This document shows positions 18,111 through 27,734 of a stretch of DNA of 56,096 bases, in pieces. The number at the start of each line of letters is the position of its first letter. Positions within the stretch are counted from its first letter, which is position 1. The position numbers were made by a program, and so were the translations under genes. The notes under the pieces are model-generated. The model was given only the letters and a program-made list of their open reading frames with translations, did no database searches and was not told where the DNA came from. The DNA is from Myxococcota bacterium (GTDB lineage: Bacteria; Myxococcota_A; UBA9160; UBA4427): contig JAYGCV010000090.1 in assembly GCA_046583195.1 (NCBI GenBank), positions 1 to 56,096 of the forward strand, in the 5' to 3' direction.

Positions 18111-20077
18111 GCCACCCCCCGCGCCTGTAACTCGACGAAGCCGCGGTAAGCGCCGTCCGGGAGGGCCATCAGTTCTTCGTGGCTGCCGCGCTCGGTGATG
18201 CGGCCGTCGTCGATGAAGCAGATCAGGTCTGCGCTGCGGATGGTGGAGAGCCGGTGGGCCACCACGAAGACCACGCGATCGCGGCTGGCCAGGCGCAGGC
18301 TTTCCACCAGGCGCTGTTCGGTCTCAGGGTCCAGAGCCGAGGTCGGCTCGTCGAGGATCAGGATGCGCGCATCGCGCACCAGTGCACGGGCGATGGCCAG
18401 TCGCTGCTTCTGTCCCACCGAAAGCTTGCCGCCCGCGCGGCCCAGCGGTGTCTGGTAGCCCTGGGGCAGTCGCTCGATGAACTCGTCGGCGCCGGCTGCG
18501 CGGGCCGCCTGACGCACTTCGGCGTCGCTGGCGTCGGGCTTGCCTACGCGGATGTTTTCTTCGACCGTCGCGTCGAAGAGCGTCGTCTCCTGGAACACGA
18601 AGGCGGTCTGATCGCGCAGGTCGCGGTGGCTCACCCGGGCGAGGTCCTGGTCGTCGAAAAACACCCGGCCCGCACTCGGTTCGAGAAAACGCGGGAGTAG
18701 GTAGGCGAGGGTGGTCTTCCCGGCTCCCGCCGCGCCCACCAGCGCGATGCGCTGCCCCACCCGCGCTTCGAGGTCGATGCCCCGGAGCGCGTGAGTGCCG
18801 TCTGGATAGTGGTAGTGCACGTCCTCCATGCGCACGCGCTCGCGCAGCCGGTGCAGCGGCTCCGCCCCAGCGTCGTCCTCGCCGGGTTGGTCCATCATGA
18901 AGAACACCCGGTGCAGGCCGGCGGCGTTTTCTTGCAAGCGGAACCAGAGCGCGCCGAGTCCCGAGGCGGTGAAGGCGATGCGCACGTAGTAGTAGAAGAG
19001 CAGCGCGAAGTCTCCCACCGAGAGCTGGCCGGCGATCACCAGATCCGAAACCCGCAGCAGCACGTAGACCGCAAGTGCGGTCCCCATAACGACCGATCCC
19101 ACGACCGACAGCAACTGCGCCACCATCACGCCGCGGTAGCGACCGAACGAGGCCCAGCTGTCGCGTTCGAAGTGCGCCAACTGCCGCTTCTCGCCGCCCA
19201 GGCTCTGGACCGCCAGCACCTGCGAGACGCCTTCCTCGGCGGTGGCGGTGGTGGTTGCGCCCGCTTGCCGACTCGCGCCGCTGCGGCGCCGCAGCATCCC
19301 GGCAAAGGGCAGGGTCGAGATCAACGCGACGGGGATCGCTGCCAACCCGGCCCAGACCAGGAAGCTGTAGCCGCTAAAGGCCACCCCCATCGTGGCGACG
19401 TAGAGTCCGATCGCGATTGGAGTCGCGATCGGTGTCAGGATCACGCGGTAGCAGGCGTTGGTGATCGCCGGGGTATCCACCATCACCCGGTAGACCGCGT
19501 CGCCGATGCGCTCGTCGTCGAAGGCCGTCATCGGCAGCGTCTGGATGCGTCGGAAAAGTTTCGAGCGGTAGTGGTGGTTGAAGGCCTGGGTGAGCCGCAG
19601 CGTCCAGCAATAGTCGATCACACCGAGGATGCCGCCGCTGAAGCTCCAGCCCTCGTTGGCCTCGTTCTCGCTGCGCGTGGCGGTGTCAAAGCCCTGCGAA
19701 AGCCCGCTGTAGGTGCCGTCGCGCTCGTTGCCCGAGGTGCCGAAGGATCCGGAGAAGAACAGCAGCATCAGCTGTGCGCCGACCACCGCCCACAGGATCT
19801 CGCTGGTGGAGAGCCCGACGAGCCGATCGATGAAGGGCTGGATGAAGCCCGGGTAGGGCACCAGCGGGTCGTTGATCGGCCGCTCTCCGATCACGTTGTC
19901 GATCAAAATCTTGATCGGCCAGGGCAGCAGCAGCCCCGGCAGGATGCCGACCAGCAACAGCCCCAACTTCACGCCGAACTGGAAGCGAAAGGGCCAGACG
20001 AAGCGCAGCGAGCGCCGGATCACGGTGGCGGCGGTGTCCGCCCCGATGCCGCTGTCCTCTCGGAAGCGTTCGCTCAC
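18107..20077 (-). CDS. ABC exporter half-transporter (TMD+NBD)
   Basis: Walker A GAAGAGKT, signature LSVGQKQR, Walker B ILILDEPT and H-loop AHR. Confidence 0.93.
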   Translation of the reverse strand: MSERFREDSGIGADTAATVIRRSLRFVWPFRFQFGVKLGLLLVGILPGLLLPWPIKILIDNVIGERPINDPLVPYPGFIQPFIDRLVGLSTSEILWAVVGAQLMLLFFSGSFGTSGNERDGTYSGLSQGFDTATRSENEANEGWSFSGGILGVIDYCWTLRLTQAFNHHYRSKLFRRIQTLPMTAFDDERIGDAVYRVMVDTPAITNACYRVILTPIATPIAIGLYVATMGVAFSGYSFLVWAGLAAIPVALISTLPFAGMLRRRSGASRQAGATTTATAEEGVSQVLAVQSLGGEKRQLAHFERDSWASFGRYRGVMVAQLLSVVGSVVMGTALAVYVLLRVSDLVIAGQLSVGDFALLFYYYVRIAFTASGLGALWFRLQENAAGLHRVFFMMDQPGEDDAGAEPLHRLRERVRMEDVHYHYPDGTHALRGIDLEARVGQRIALVGAAGAGKTTLAYLLPRFLEPSAGRVFFDDQDLARVSHRDLRDQTAFVFQETTLFDATVEENIRVGKPDASDAEVRQAARAAGADEFIERLPQGYQTPLGRAGGKLSVGQKQRLAIARALVRDARILILDEPTSALDPETEQRLVESLRLASRDRVVFVVAHRLSTIRSADLICFIDDGRITERGSHEELMALPDGAYRGFVELQARGVA

Positions 20078-22062
20078 GAGGCGGTCGCCGCGGACAGTGC
20101 GCCGTGGGCGTCGGCCAGTGCGCGGTAGCGGCCCCCCTCCCGCGCGATCAATTCGTCGTGGCTTCCGTGCTCGAGGATGCGACCGTCGGCGAGCACCGCA
20201 ATCGAGTCCGAACGTCGAATCGTCGACAGCCGATGGGTGATCAGGAAGATCGCGCGGCCCCGGCCCCAGGCCGTCAAGTTGTCCATCAACTGCAGTTCGG
20301 TCTGGGCGTCGAGCGAGGCGCTGGGCTCGTCGAGGATCAGGATCGGCGTATCCTTCAAGATGGCGCGTGCGATCGAGAGCCGCTGGCGCTGCCCGGTGGA
20401 GAGTTTCGTGCCGCGCTCGCCGAGCAGCGTGTCGTAGCCCTCGGAAAGCCCGCGAATGAACTCGTCCGCGCAGGCCACGCGGGCGGCCGCCTCCACCGCT
20501 TCGCGCGGGGCGCCGGGGACCGCGAAGCGGATGTTCTCGAGCACGGTTTCGCCAAAGAGCAGGTTCTCCTGCAGCGCGATCGAGACCGAAGCCCGCAGGC
20601 TTTCGAGTTGGATGCCGCGCAGGTCGCGTCCGTCAATCTCGATGGCGCCGCGGTCGGGATCGAAGAGCCGCAACAGCAACGAGAGCAGGGTGCTCTTGCC
20701 GGAGCCGGTGGTGCCGACGATGGCGGTGATGCTGCCGATCTCGGCTTCGAGATCGACCCCCGCGAGCACCGGGTGACCCTCCTGGTACTGGAAGTGGACG
20801 TCGCGGAACGTGACCCGGTCTTTGAAGGGGGGCAACAAGATGGCGTCATCGGCGTCTTGCACCTCGGGTTCGAGGTCGAGCACCTCGAAGGCCCGGTCGA
20901 GGCCGATGGCGATGTCCTGCACCCGGCCCCAGGTTCCAAACAGGTCGCGCAGTGCTTCGGTGCCGTTGCCGAGTTGGCCCTTGAAGACGTTGTAGAGCCC
21001 GAGGTTCCAGGCCGTGAAGCCCGCGGCGGCCACCGCCAGCGGAACGGCATCGCGGGTTTGGAGCGTGGCGATGGCGATGGCCGTCAGCGTCGCAGTACCC
21101 AGCACCCAGAAAATCACCACGTGAAAACTCGCCAGCCAGCTGCGGGCCCGGAAAGCCGTGCGGAAGGCCTCGCGGCTACTCCACTCGAAGCGCTCCTGCT
21201 CCGCGGTTTCGATGCCGTAGGCCTTGATCACCCGAATCCCGGTGAGGGTTTCCTGGATGCGCGAGGTGAGGCGGCTGTTGGCTTCGCGCGAGTCGCGGAA
21301 GCGGACGCGCAGGCGCTTCGAAACGAAGGCGCCGATCAGCAGCGCCGGCGGCCAGATCAGCAGCAAGAGCCCCGCCAGCTGCGGGTCGTAGGCACTCACC
21401 ACGGCCAGGCTGAAGAAGAAACGGCCGAACGAAAGCAGCGGTGTGATGAACAGCACCTCGATCAACTGGGTCACCATCGCGGAGTCCTGGTAGATCCGGT
21501 AGAGCGCGTCGCCCACTTTGTTCTCGGCGTGGAACCGCAGCGACAGCGACTGCAGTCGCTCCATCAGCTGGACCCGCAGGAGCTGGTTGACCCGCTGCAG
21601 GATCCACATCCCGTAGTAGAGCAGCCCCAGGAAGACGGGCGTCAGCGCGATGGTCAATACCACGGCAATCCACAGCACCTGCTCGACCAGTTCGCGGCGC
21701 ACGCTTTCGCTGAGCTTTGCGACGGCCACCGTCTGGGCGGGGTCCCAGCCGAGCAGCCAGGCTTCTTCGGCGGTCAGCGGATCTCCCAAGAGGGCGCGGG
21801 TCCAGAAGACGTCGCCGCCGATCACGACCACCGGAAACAGCGCCAGGCTGAGCAGGCTGAAGCCGCCGAGCAGGGCCCCGAGGTGCTTTCGCACCGGCCG
21901 CAACAGGTGCACGCAGCGCCACAACAGTCCCAGCACGAGTTTGAAGCCCATGCGATCGTGGCGCCCGCCCGAGCCCATCAATGAGAGGTCTTCGAGCGCG
22001 CCCGTCGGCGTTCGCGGGGGCACTGCGTCCCCCCCCGGCGGATTCATCGCTGCGTCGTTCAT
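20074..22062 (-). CDS. ABC exporter half-transporter (TMD+NBD), likely heterodimer partner
   Basis: Walker A GTTGSGKS, LSTGQRQR, ILILDEPS and THR; 4-bp overlap with the next gene. Confidence 0.93.
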   Translation of the reverse strand: MNDAAMNPPGGDAVPPRTPTGALEDLSLMGSGGRHDRMGFKLVLGLLWRCVHLLRPVRKHLGALLGGFSLLSLALFPVVVIGGDVFWTRALLGDPLTAEEAWLLGWDPAQTVAVAKLSESVRRELVEQVLWIAVVLTIALTPVFLGLLYYGMWILQRVNQLLRVQLMERLQSLSLRFHAENKVGDALYRIYQDSAMVTQLIEVLFITPLLSFGRFFFSLAVVSAYDPQLAGLLLLIWPPALLIGAFVSKRLRVRFRDSREANSRLTSRIQETLTGIRVIKAYGIETAEQERFEWSSREAFRTAFRARSWLASFHVVIFWVLGTATLTAIAIATLQTRDAVPLAVAAAGFTAWNLGLYNVFKGQLGNGTEALRDLFGTWGRVQDIAIGLDRAFEVLDLEPEVQDADDAILLPPFKDRVTFRDVHFQYQEGHPVLAGVDLEAEIGSITAIVGTTGSGKSTLLSLLLRLFDPDRGAIEIDGRDLRGIQLESLRASVSIALQENLLFGETVLENIRFAVPGAPREAVEAAARVACADEFIRGLSEGYDTLLGERGTKLSTGQRQRLSIARAILKDTPILILDEPSASLDAQTELQLMDNLTAWGRGRAIFLITHRLSTIRRSDSIAVLADGRILEHGSHDELIAREGGRYRALADAHGALSAATAS

Positions 22063-22172
22063 GGCTCCGCGCTGGCGGGGGGCGGTCGGAGGCGCATCCG
22101 ATGTCCCGCCGCCGGGGATGATGACCGACGCCCGAGAAGGCCGCTACGAGCCCCCCGCTGCCGCCTTCGCGG

Positions 22173-22766
22173 CTACAGGCGGAGGCGGCCGCTGCGTCGT
22201 CGCCGCGAGAGCACCGCCTTTAGCAGGGCGCCGACGAGCCCGCCGGTGGCCAGGATCCCGGCCCCGGTGAGCCACTCGGGCCAACGTTCGCCGGCCTCGT
22301 AGCGCAGGTTGGCGCGCGTCAGCGTTTCGATCTCCCGGCCTTGGCGCTCGAGCGTTGCGGCTGCATTGTCGCTGCGCTGCCGCAGCATCTGCACTTCGAG
22401 CTCTGCGGTGTCGCGCTCGGTCTCCAGCGTCGCCACTTCGTCGCGCAGGCGATCGCGTTCGAGCAGCGCCGGTGGCGTGGCCTCGAGGTACCCGACCGGG
22501 ACCCAGCCGCTGCGACCTCCGGGGAGCTGCACGCGGGTCCACTTCGCGCGGCGCTCGAGGATCGCGACGCGGTCGCCGGTCTCCACCGCTTCCAGGATCC
22601 GGTACTTGGTCCCCGGACCGGTTCGCAGGTTGAGCTGGATCGTTCCGCCGACCCAGGCCTCGTCGGCCGCCTGTGCAGGACTGGCGACGGCCAGCGCGGC
22701 AAGCCACACGAGCATCCAGCAGAAGCCCGGAGCGGGCAGGTGGGCCACGTTGAGGGGGGATTGCAT
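22173..22766 (-). CDS. SH3b domain membrane protein (YgiM/TIGR04211-like)
   Basis: Signal peptide, LNLRTGPGTKYRIL..WTRV..GRSGWV, coiled coil, C-terminal TM helix and Arg-rich tail. Confidence 0.8.
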   Translation of the reverse strand: MQSPLNVAHLPAPGFCWMLVWLAALAVASPAQAADEAWVGGTIQLNLRTGPGTKYRILEAVETGDRVAILERRAKWTRVQLPGGRSGWVPVGYLEATPPALLERDRLRDEVATLETERDTAELEVQMLRQRSDNAAATLERQGREIETLTRANLRYEAGERWPEWLTGAGILATGGLVGALLKAVLSRRRRSGRLRL

Positions 22767-22801
22767 GTGCGGACTCGTTTCGGCCGCGAGAGCCGGGGCA
22801 G

Positions 22802-22877
22802 TGGCTCCCCGGGTAGGACTTGAACCTACGACCCAGCGGTTAACAGCCGCTTGCTCTACCAACTGAGCTACCGGGGA
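22802..22877 (-). tRNA. tRNA-Asn(GTT)
   Basis: TCCCCGGTAGCTCAGTTGGTAGAGC..CTGTTAA..GGTTCAAGTCC..GGGGAGCCA; 76 nt cloverleaf with encoded CCA. Confidence 0.97.
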
Positions 22878-22986
22878 ACAGAATCGCCGAGCGAGCGAGT
22901 CTAGAGGGTGACCGCCGAAACGCAAAGGCGAGCCGCGTTCGCCAGCCGGGGCCGCGTCACGTGCTCGTGGGACGCGCTCGCGGGCG

Positions 22987-23463
22987 CTATTCGAAGCCGA
23001 TCCCGAGAATCTCGAGTTGCCGGGTGCCCTTTGGCACCTTCACCCGCACCTCGTCGCCCACCTCGCGGCTCATCAGCGCCTGGGCAACGGGAGAGGTCAC
23101 CGAGATCAGACCCTTGCTGATGTCCGCTTCGTCCTCGCCCACGATCCGGTAGCGGACCTGTTCGCCGGTCTCGCTGTCTTCGAGGCGAACCGTCACGCCG
23201 AAGTGCACCTTCTCCGGTGTCTGCCCGGTGGGGTCGATGACCTGGGCGCGGGCCAGCTTGTCCTCGGTCATCACGATCTGGCCGGCGAGATGAGCCTGTC
23301 GCTCCTTGGCGGCGTTAAATTCGGCGTTCTCCGAAATGTCGCCGTGGGCACGGGCCTCTTCGATGTCCTTGACGTTTTCGGGGCGCTCTACGGTCTTCAG
23401 GCGCACCAGAGTGGCCTTCAGGGCCTCGTAGCCCTCGCGAGTCATCGGTACGCGCTGCGCCAT
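22987..23463 (-). CDS. greA: Transcription elongation factor GreA
   Basis: PMTREGY, ARAHGDISENAEF, YRIVGEDEAD and ISVTSPVA. Confidence 0.96.
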   Translation of the reverse strand: MAQRVPMTREGYEALKATLVRLKTVERPENVKDIEEARAHGDISENAEFNAAKERQAHLAGQIVMTEDKLARAQVIDPTGQTPEKVHFGVTVRLEDSETGEQVRYRIVGEDEADISKGLISVTSPVAQALMSREVGDEVRVKVPKGTRQLEILGIGFE

Positions 23464-23674
23464 GCTGGCCGCTCTTTCTTCGCTTCGTTGCGGTCGGGGT
23501 CGCTCGATCTCGCCGGTAGACTCCGGCGCCAAGAGACTCCGATGGGCGGTGGCGGGGCCAGCTATAGATAGCTCGCCCGGGAAATCTTCGAATCCACCGC
23601 GCTGCCTTGGACTCGCCGCGGTGTGCCCCAAGGGGCGAACTCCAAGATTACCCCCCGATGGCAGGAGGGTCAAC

Positions 23675-24355
23675 GTGGTCGCATCGAAACCTTCGGCAGA
23701 CGGCAGCCCTGAACTCTCGGGGCGGGGCCCGGGGCCGAGCGCGCGCACCTGGCTGGTGCGTGGCTGCGGGTTCTACGCGCTGCTGGCGGCGCTCGGCTGG
23801 GCCTGGCGCTCCGGCCTCTACGGTGAGCCAGTGTTCTATTCGTCGCTCGAGGCGGCGATCCACGGGCCCAGCTGGGTCTCCGACCTGGGCATCGGTGTCG
23901 GGGCCGGGGTGTTGCTCGTGGGGCTCTCGAATCTCTACACCGAGAAGACCGCCTCGGGGAAGCGGCTGGCGGACCGCCTGGCGGAGGTCCTCGCGAACCT
24001 GCCGGTGGGGCCGGCGATCGCCCTGGCGCTGGTCAGCAGCATCGGCGAGGAGGTGTTCTTCCGCGGGGCCCTGCAGCCGCGAGTGGGGTGGATCGTCGCC
24101 AGCCTGCTCTTTGGCCTGGTGCACGTGGGACCGGGGAAGGACTTCCTGCCGTGGACGCTCTCGGCCCTCTTCGCCGGCCTTTTGCTGGGCGGGCTGTTTC
24201 TCTACACCGGGAACCTGGCGGCGCCGATCGCCGCCCACGCCGTGGTGAACGGCGTCAACCTTCCAATGCTGGCCCGGCGAGGCCGGGCGCTTCGCTCTGC
24301 AGCGCAAGCGGCAGCGTCCGGTCCGGCTGCAGCCGCTCTTCGAGAGCCCGAATGA
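23675..24355 (+). CDS. CPBP (Abi/CAAX) family intramembrane metalloprotease
   Basis: EEVFFRG, FGLVH and AHAVVN motifs; GTG start after AGGAGG. Confidence 0.88.
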   Translation: MVASKPSADGSPELSGRGPGPSARTWLVRGCGFYALLAALGWAWRSGLYGEPVFYSSLEAAIHGPSWVSDLGIGVGAGVLLVGLSNLYTEKTASGKRLADRLAEVLANLPVGPAIALALVSSIGEEVFFRGALQPRVGWIVASLLFGLVHVGPGKDFLPWTLSALFAGLLLGGLFLYTGNLAAPIAAHAVVNGVNLPMLARRGRALRSAAQAAASGPAAAALREPE

Positions 24356-24551
24356 GGTAGCCCAGGAGCATCAACTCGGGCAGGCGACCCGTGTCGAGTC
24401 GAACCTTCTCGGACTGCAACTGGTCGGTGTAGGAAAAGAAAAACTGCAACGCCTCGACCGGAACGTTCTTCTCGAGCAGTTCGTCCATCTGCGCGAGGTC
24501 GAGACCCTCAAAGGTCTCGATAAAACAACCGGCGAGTTCTTCGAAGGTCAT
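24255..24551 (-). CDS. Hypothetical small acidic protein
   Basis: Helical protein-like composition; ATG preceded by GGAG. The 3' end overlaps the convergent CPBP gene by about 100 bp. Confidence 0.55.
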   Translation of the reverse strand: MTFEELAGCFIETFEGLDLAQMDELLEKNVPVEALQFFFSYTDQLQSEKVRLDTGRLPELMLLGYLIRALEERLQPDRTLPLALQSEAPGLAGPALEG

Positions 24552-24933
24552 CGCGATCCGCTCTCCGCTGTGGCCGTTTCGGCTCTTCCGCGTTTCACCG
24601 TCGCCATCCGAGAGCTTGACCGGATGCCTTCAGCCGCGCGTTGCACACCCGGGCCCTCCCACCTTCGCACTTTCGAAGAGTGCGTGTCAACGCTAGAAGC
24701 GCGATTTTGCAGTCCTTCTCGCCATGCGTCACGCGCTGCTGCGGGCTTCGTCACAGGGGCCTTCAAGGCGACGCGGCGCGCCCCGGAAGGTCGTCTCCCG
24801 GAAAGGCGAGAGAATCCAAGAGACTGGGAACGCGGTTGCACATCGGTGTCAACCCTGCGCCAGGGCGTCGCGGCGTGGGCTCCGGCGAGCCCATTCGGCC
24901 GCTTTCGATCGCGGACGCTGCGACCGGGCAGGC

Positions 24934-25010
24934 TGGTCGGGGCGACTGGATTCGAACCAGCGACCTCTTCGCCCCGAACGAAGCGCGCTACCAAGCTGCG
25001 CCACGCCCCG
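24934..25010 (-). tRNA. tRNA-Pro(CGG)
   Basis: CGGGGCGTGGCGCAGCTTGGTAGCGCG-CTTCG-TTCGGGG-CGAAG..GGTTCGAATCC..CCCCGACCA; 77 nt. Confidence 0.97.
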
Positions 25011-25215
25011 ACATGCCTGGCCCGCAGAGGCGAGCGACGCCGGAGTATGCCCGCTCCTCGGTGGGGGTCAAGCGAGTGCCCGCGGCGCTGCCTTTCGCGC
25101 CTAGCCTAGACTTCGGCGCGCTGGCGGCGGCTCACCGCGCAAGGAGGGCCGGCCAGGCAGCGGGGTGGGCTTCGGCGTGGATCAATCGCAACAGGACGCG
25201 GCCACGGTCGCCTTC

Positions 25216-27558
25216 ATGGCGGTGTCGACCTTCGCCTTCGTCGCCGCCTTCGCGGTGGTGGCCTTCCGGCCGCGCTGGATCGTGGGGCATCCGCGCAGCG
25301 TCCTCTGGGCACTCGCGGGGATCTCGTTGCTCGCCGTCCTGGCGCTGGTTCGGGTGGCGCCGCCGGGGCTCCGCCTCGCCTTCGATCCCTCCACCGAGCC
25401 ACTGCTACCCGCCGGCGATCCCGGCCGGGCCCTCTACCAGCAGGCCGTCCTCGAATTTGGCGATGACCAGGTTTTCGTCATCGCGATCCGCTGCGAGGAG
25501 GTATTCACGGTCGAGTGTCTTTCGGTGATCGACCGCATCACCGGTCGCGTGGCGCGACTTTCGGGTGTGCGCTCGGTGAGCAGCCTGCTCGACGTGACCT
25601 CCTTTTTCTACGAGGTCGGTCCCGACTGGGTGGTGGTCGAGCCCTTCATCGACAAGGTGCCCGAAGCGCCCGAAGTGCTGGCGCGGTTGCGTGCGCGAGC
25701 GCTGGCGGATCCGGTCTATCGGCGCACCATCATCTCCGACGATGCGAAGACCGCCGCGGTGAACGTGCGCTTCCGTGAGATGAGCGACGACGAGTTCATC
25801 GATTCGGGTCTCGACGCCACCATCCAGACGATCGTCCGGGAAGAAACGGGAACGACGGCGCGTTTTCATGTGGCGGGGCGGCCGCACATCAAGGTGCACG
25901 TCTACGAGGGGATGGTGCAGGACCTGCAGCGCCTGATCCCGCTCTCGGTTGCGGTGATGGCGGCGCTCCTGTGGTTGTTCACGGGTTCGATTCGTGGCGT
26001 GGTGGCGCCCCTGTTTACGGCGCTCGGCACCAACCTCTGGACCTTCGGTGCGATGGCCTGGCTCGGCTTCCCGCTGACCCTGCTCACGGGCCTGCTCGGG
26101 CCGATGTTGTTGGCGCTCGGCAGTGTCTACGGGGTGCACGTACTCGCCCGGACCGAGGAGCACGAAGCCCAGATCCCCGATCCGAAGGCGGCGGTGCTTG
26201 CGGCGCTCTCGCACCTGCGCGTTCCGGTGCTGATCGCGGGCTTCACCACCGTGGTCGGGTTCGCAGCGCTGCTGATCACCGACGTGCCCGCGGTGCTCGA
26301 ACTCGGCGCCTTCTCGATCTTCGGTGTCGCCTCGGGAACCCTGCTGGTGGCGACCGGGGTCCCGGCCCTCCTGGTTTCGTGGCCGCGATCCGCTCCGCAC
26401 AGGGCTTCGAGGGGGGCGCTGCTCGTGGCGATCGACCGCGGACTCGAGGCGGCACTCGGCGCCCTGGGGCGGGGCGTCGTCCGGCACGTGCGTCCGATTC
26501 TCTGGGTGTCGGGGGCGGCCGTCTTGCTGGCTGTCATGGCGATCCCTCGCATCGTGATCGACACCGACTACCTCTCCTACTTCGACGAAGACGCCCCGCT
26601 GCGCCTCGACTTCGAAGCGGTAAACGAGTTGCTGGCCGGAGCGATCCCCCTCTACGTCGTTTTGGAGAGCGACGGGCCCGGCAGCTTTCGCGAGCCCGCG
26701 GCAACGGATGCGATGGCCCGGCTGCAAGCCGGCTTCGACGGGGTCGAGGGCGTGAGCCGCACGCTCTCCTTCCTCGATTCGATGCGCGTGCTGAACCGCG
26801 CCCTGCACGCCGACGATCCCGCCGCGGAGAAGATCCCGGAGACGCGGCCGGGGATTACCGAGTTGCTCTTCATGATCCCCAAGAACGAACTGCAGCGTTT
26901 CACCACGGTGAACCACGGGCGCAGCAACGTCGTCGTGCGCACGGGCGAGGTAGGGTCCGCGGCGATCAACGAGTTGACCGCGGCCCTAAAGGGGGTGATC
27001 GAATCGACACCCCTGCCCGAGACGATGCGCGCGGGGGTGACGGGGAACGCGATCCTGCTGGCGCGCAGCGCCGACGGCATCGCAGAGGGGCAGCCGCGCA
27101 GCGTCGCGCTGGCGGCGGTGACAATTTTTTTGGTGATTGCCCTGGGTCTTCGTTCGCCGCGGCTCGGGGCGGTGGCGATGATTCCGAACTTGGTCCCGGT
27201 GTTGCTCTACTTCGGCATACTGGGCCTGGGCGCGGCGCCGCTCTCGCTGCCGACGAGCCTGATCGGTTGCGTGGCCCTCGGCATCGCCATCGACGACACC
27301 GTTCACTTTCTGGTTCGCTACCGCGAGGAACGCTCCGCGGGAGCCACCCCGGAAGCGGCGGCCCAGCGCTGCACGCGTTTCGTCGGCCGGCCGATTGCCG
27401 TGACCTCGGTGGTGTTGGTGGCAGGCTTTCTGGTGGTGACGCTCTCGGAGTTCGCGACCCTCCAGGAGTTTGGGGTGCTGGCGGCGATCACGATGACACT
27501 CTGCCTGCTCACCGACCTCGTCCTACTCCCCGCGCTGCTGCTCCGCTTTCGCATCTGA
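25216..27558 (+). CDS. MMPL/RND family transporter
   Basis: Two repeats of TM-periplasmic domain-5TM; GIAIDDTVHF and LTDLVLLPALL. The start may be 25165. Confidence 0.9.
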   Translation: MAVSTFAFVAAFAVVAFRPRWIVGHPRSVLWALAGISLLAVLALVRVAPPGLRLAFDPSTEPLLPAGDPGRALYQQAVLEFGDDQVFVIAIRCEEVFTVECLSVIDRITGRVARLSGVRSVSSLLDVTSFFYEVGPDWVVVEPFIDKVPEAPEVLARLRARALADPVYRRTIISDDAKTAAVNVRFREMSDDEFIDSGLDATIQTIVREETGTTARFHVAGRPHIKVHVYEGMVQDLQRLIPLSVAVMAALLWLFTGSIRGVVAPLFTALGTNLWTFGAMAWLGFPLTLLTGLLGPMLLALGSVYGVHVLARTEEHEAQIPDPKAAVLAALSHLRVPVLIAGFTTVVGFAALLITDVPAVLELGAFSIFGVASGTLLVATGVPALLVSWPRSAPHRASRGALLVAIDRGLEAALGALGRGVVRHVRPILWVSGAAVLLAVMAIPRIVIDTDYLSYFDEDAPLRLDFEAVNELLAGAIPLYVVLESDGPGSFREPAATDAMARLQAGFDGVEGVSRTLSFLDSMRVLNRALHADDPAAEKIPETRPGITELLFMIPKNELQRFTTVNHGRSNVVVRTGEVGSAAINELTAALKGVIESTPLPETMRAGVTGNAILLARSADGIAEGQPRSVALAAVTIFLVIALGLRSPRLGAVAMIPNLVPVLLYFGILGLGAAPLSLPTSLIGCVALGIAIDDTVHFLVRYREERSAGATPEAAAQRCTRFVGRPIAVTSVVLVAGFLVVTLSEFATLQEFGVLAAITMTLCLLTDLVLLPALLLRFRI

Positions 27559-27734
27559 GCGGACGGAGTTCCGCGGCGAATGCGCAGGACGGAAGTGTGG
27601 CGGCTGTACCGGGCGCGGCGTCTCCGGGGGGCCGCTCGGACCGTGCCGCCTTCACCCGCATTCGCGATCCCGTTTCGCCCCAGATGTATGGAGGCAACTC
27701 CCAATCGAAGCGCGGCCCGCAGGGGCGCGATCGG

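Noticed and set aside
22767-22925. N-terminal extension of the SH3 ORF, and likewise the dnaX extension to 38589
   Set aside because: These extensions run through tRNA-Asn and SRP RNA respectively, so the true starts are downstream.
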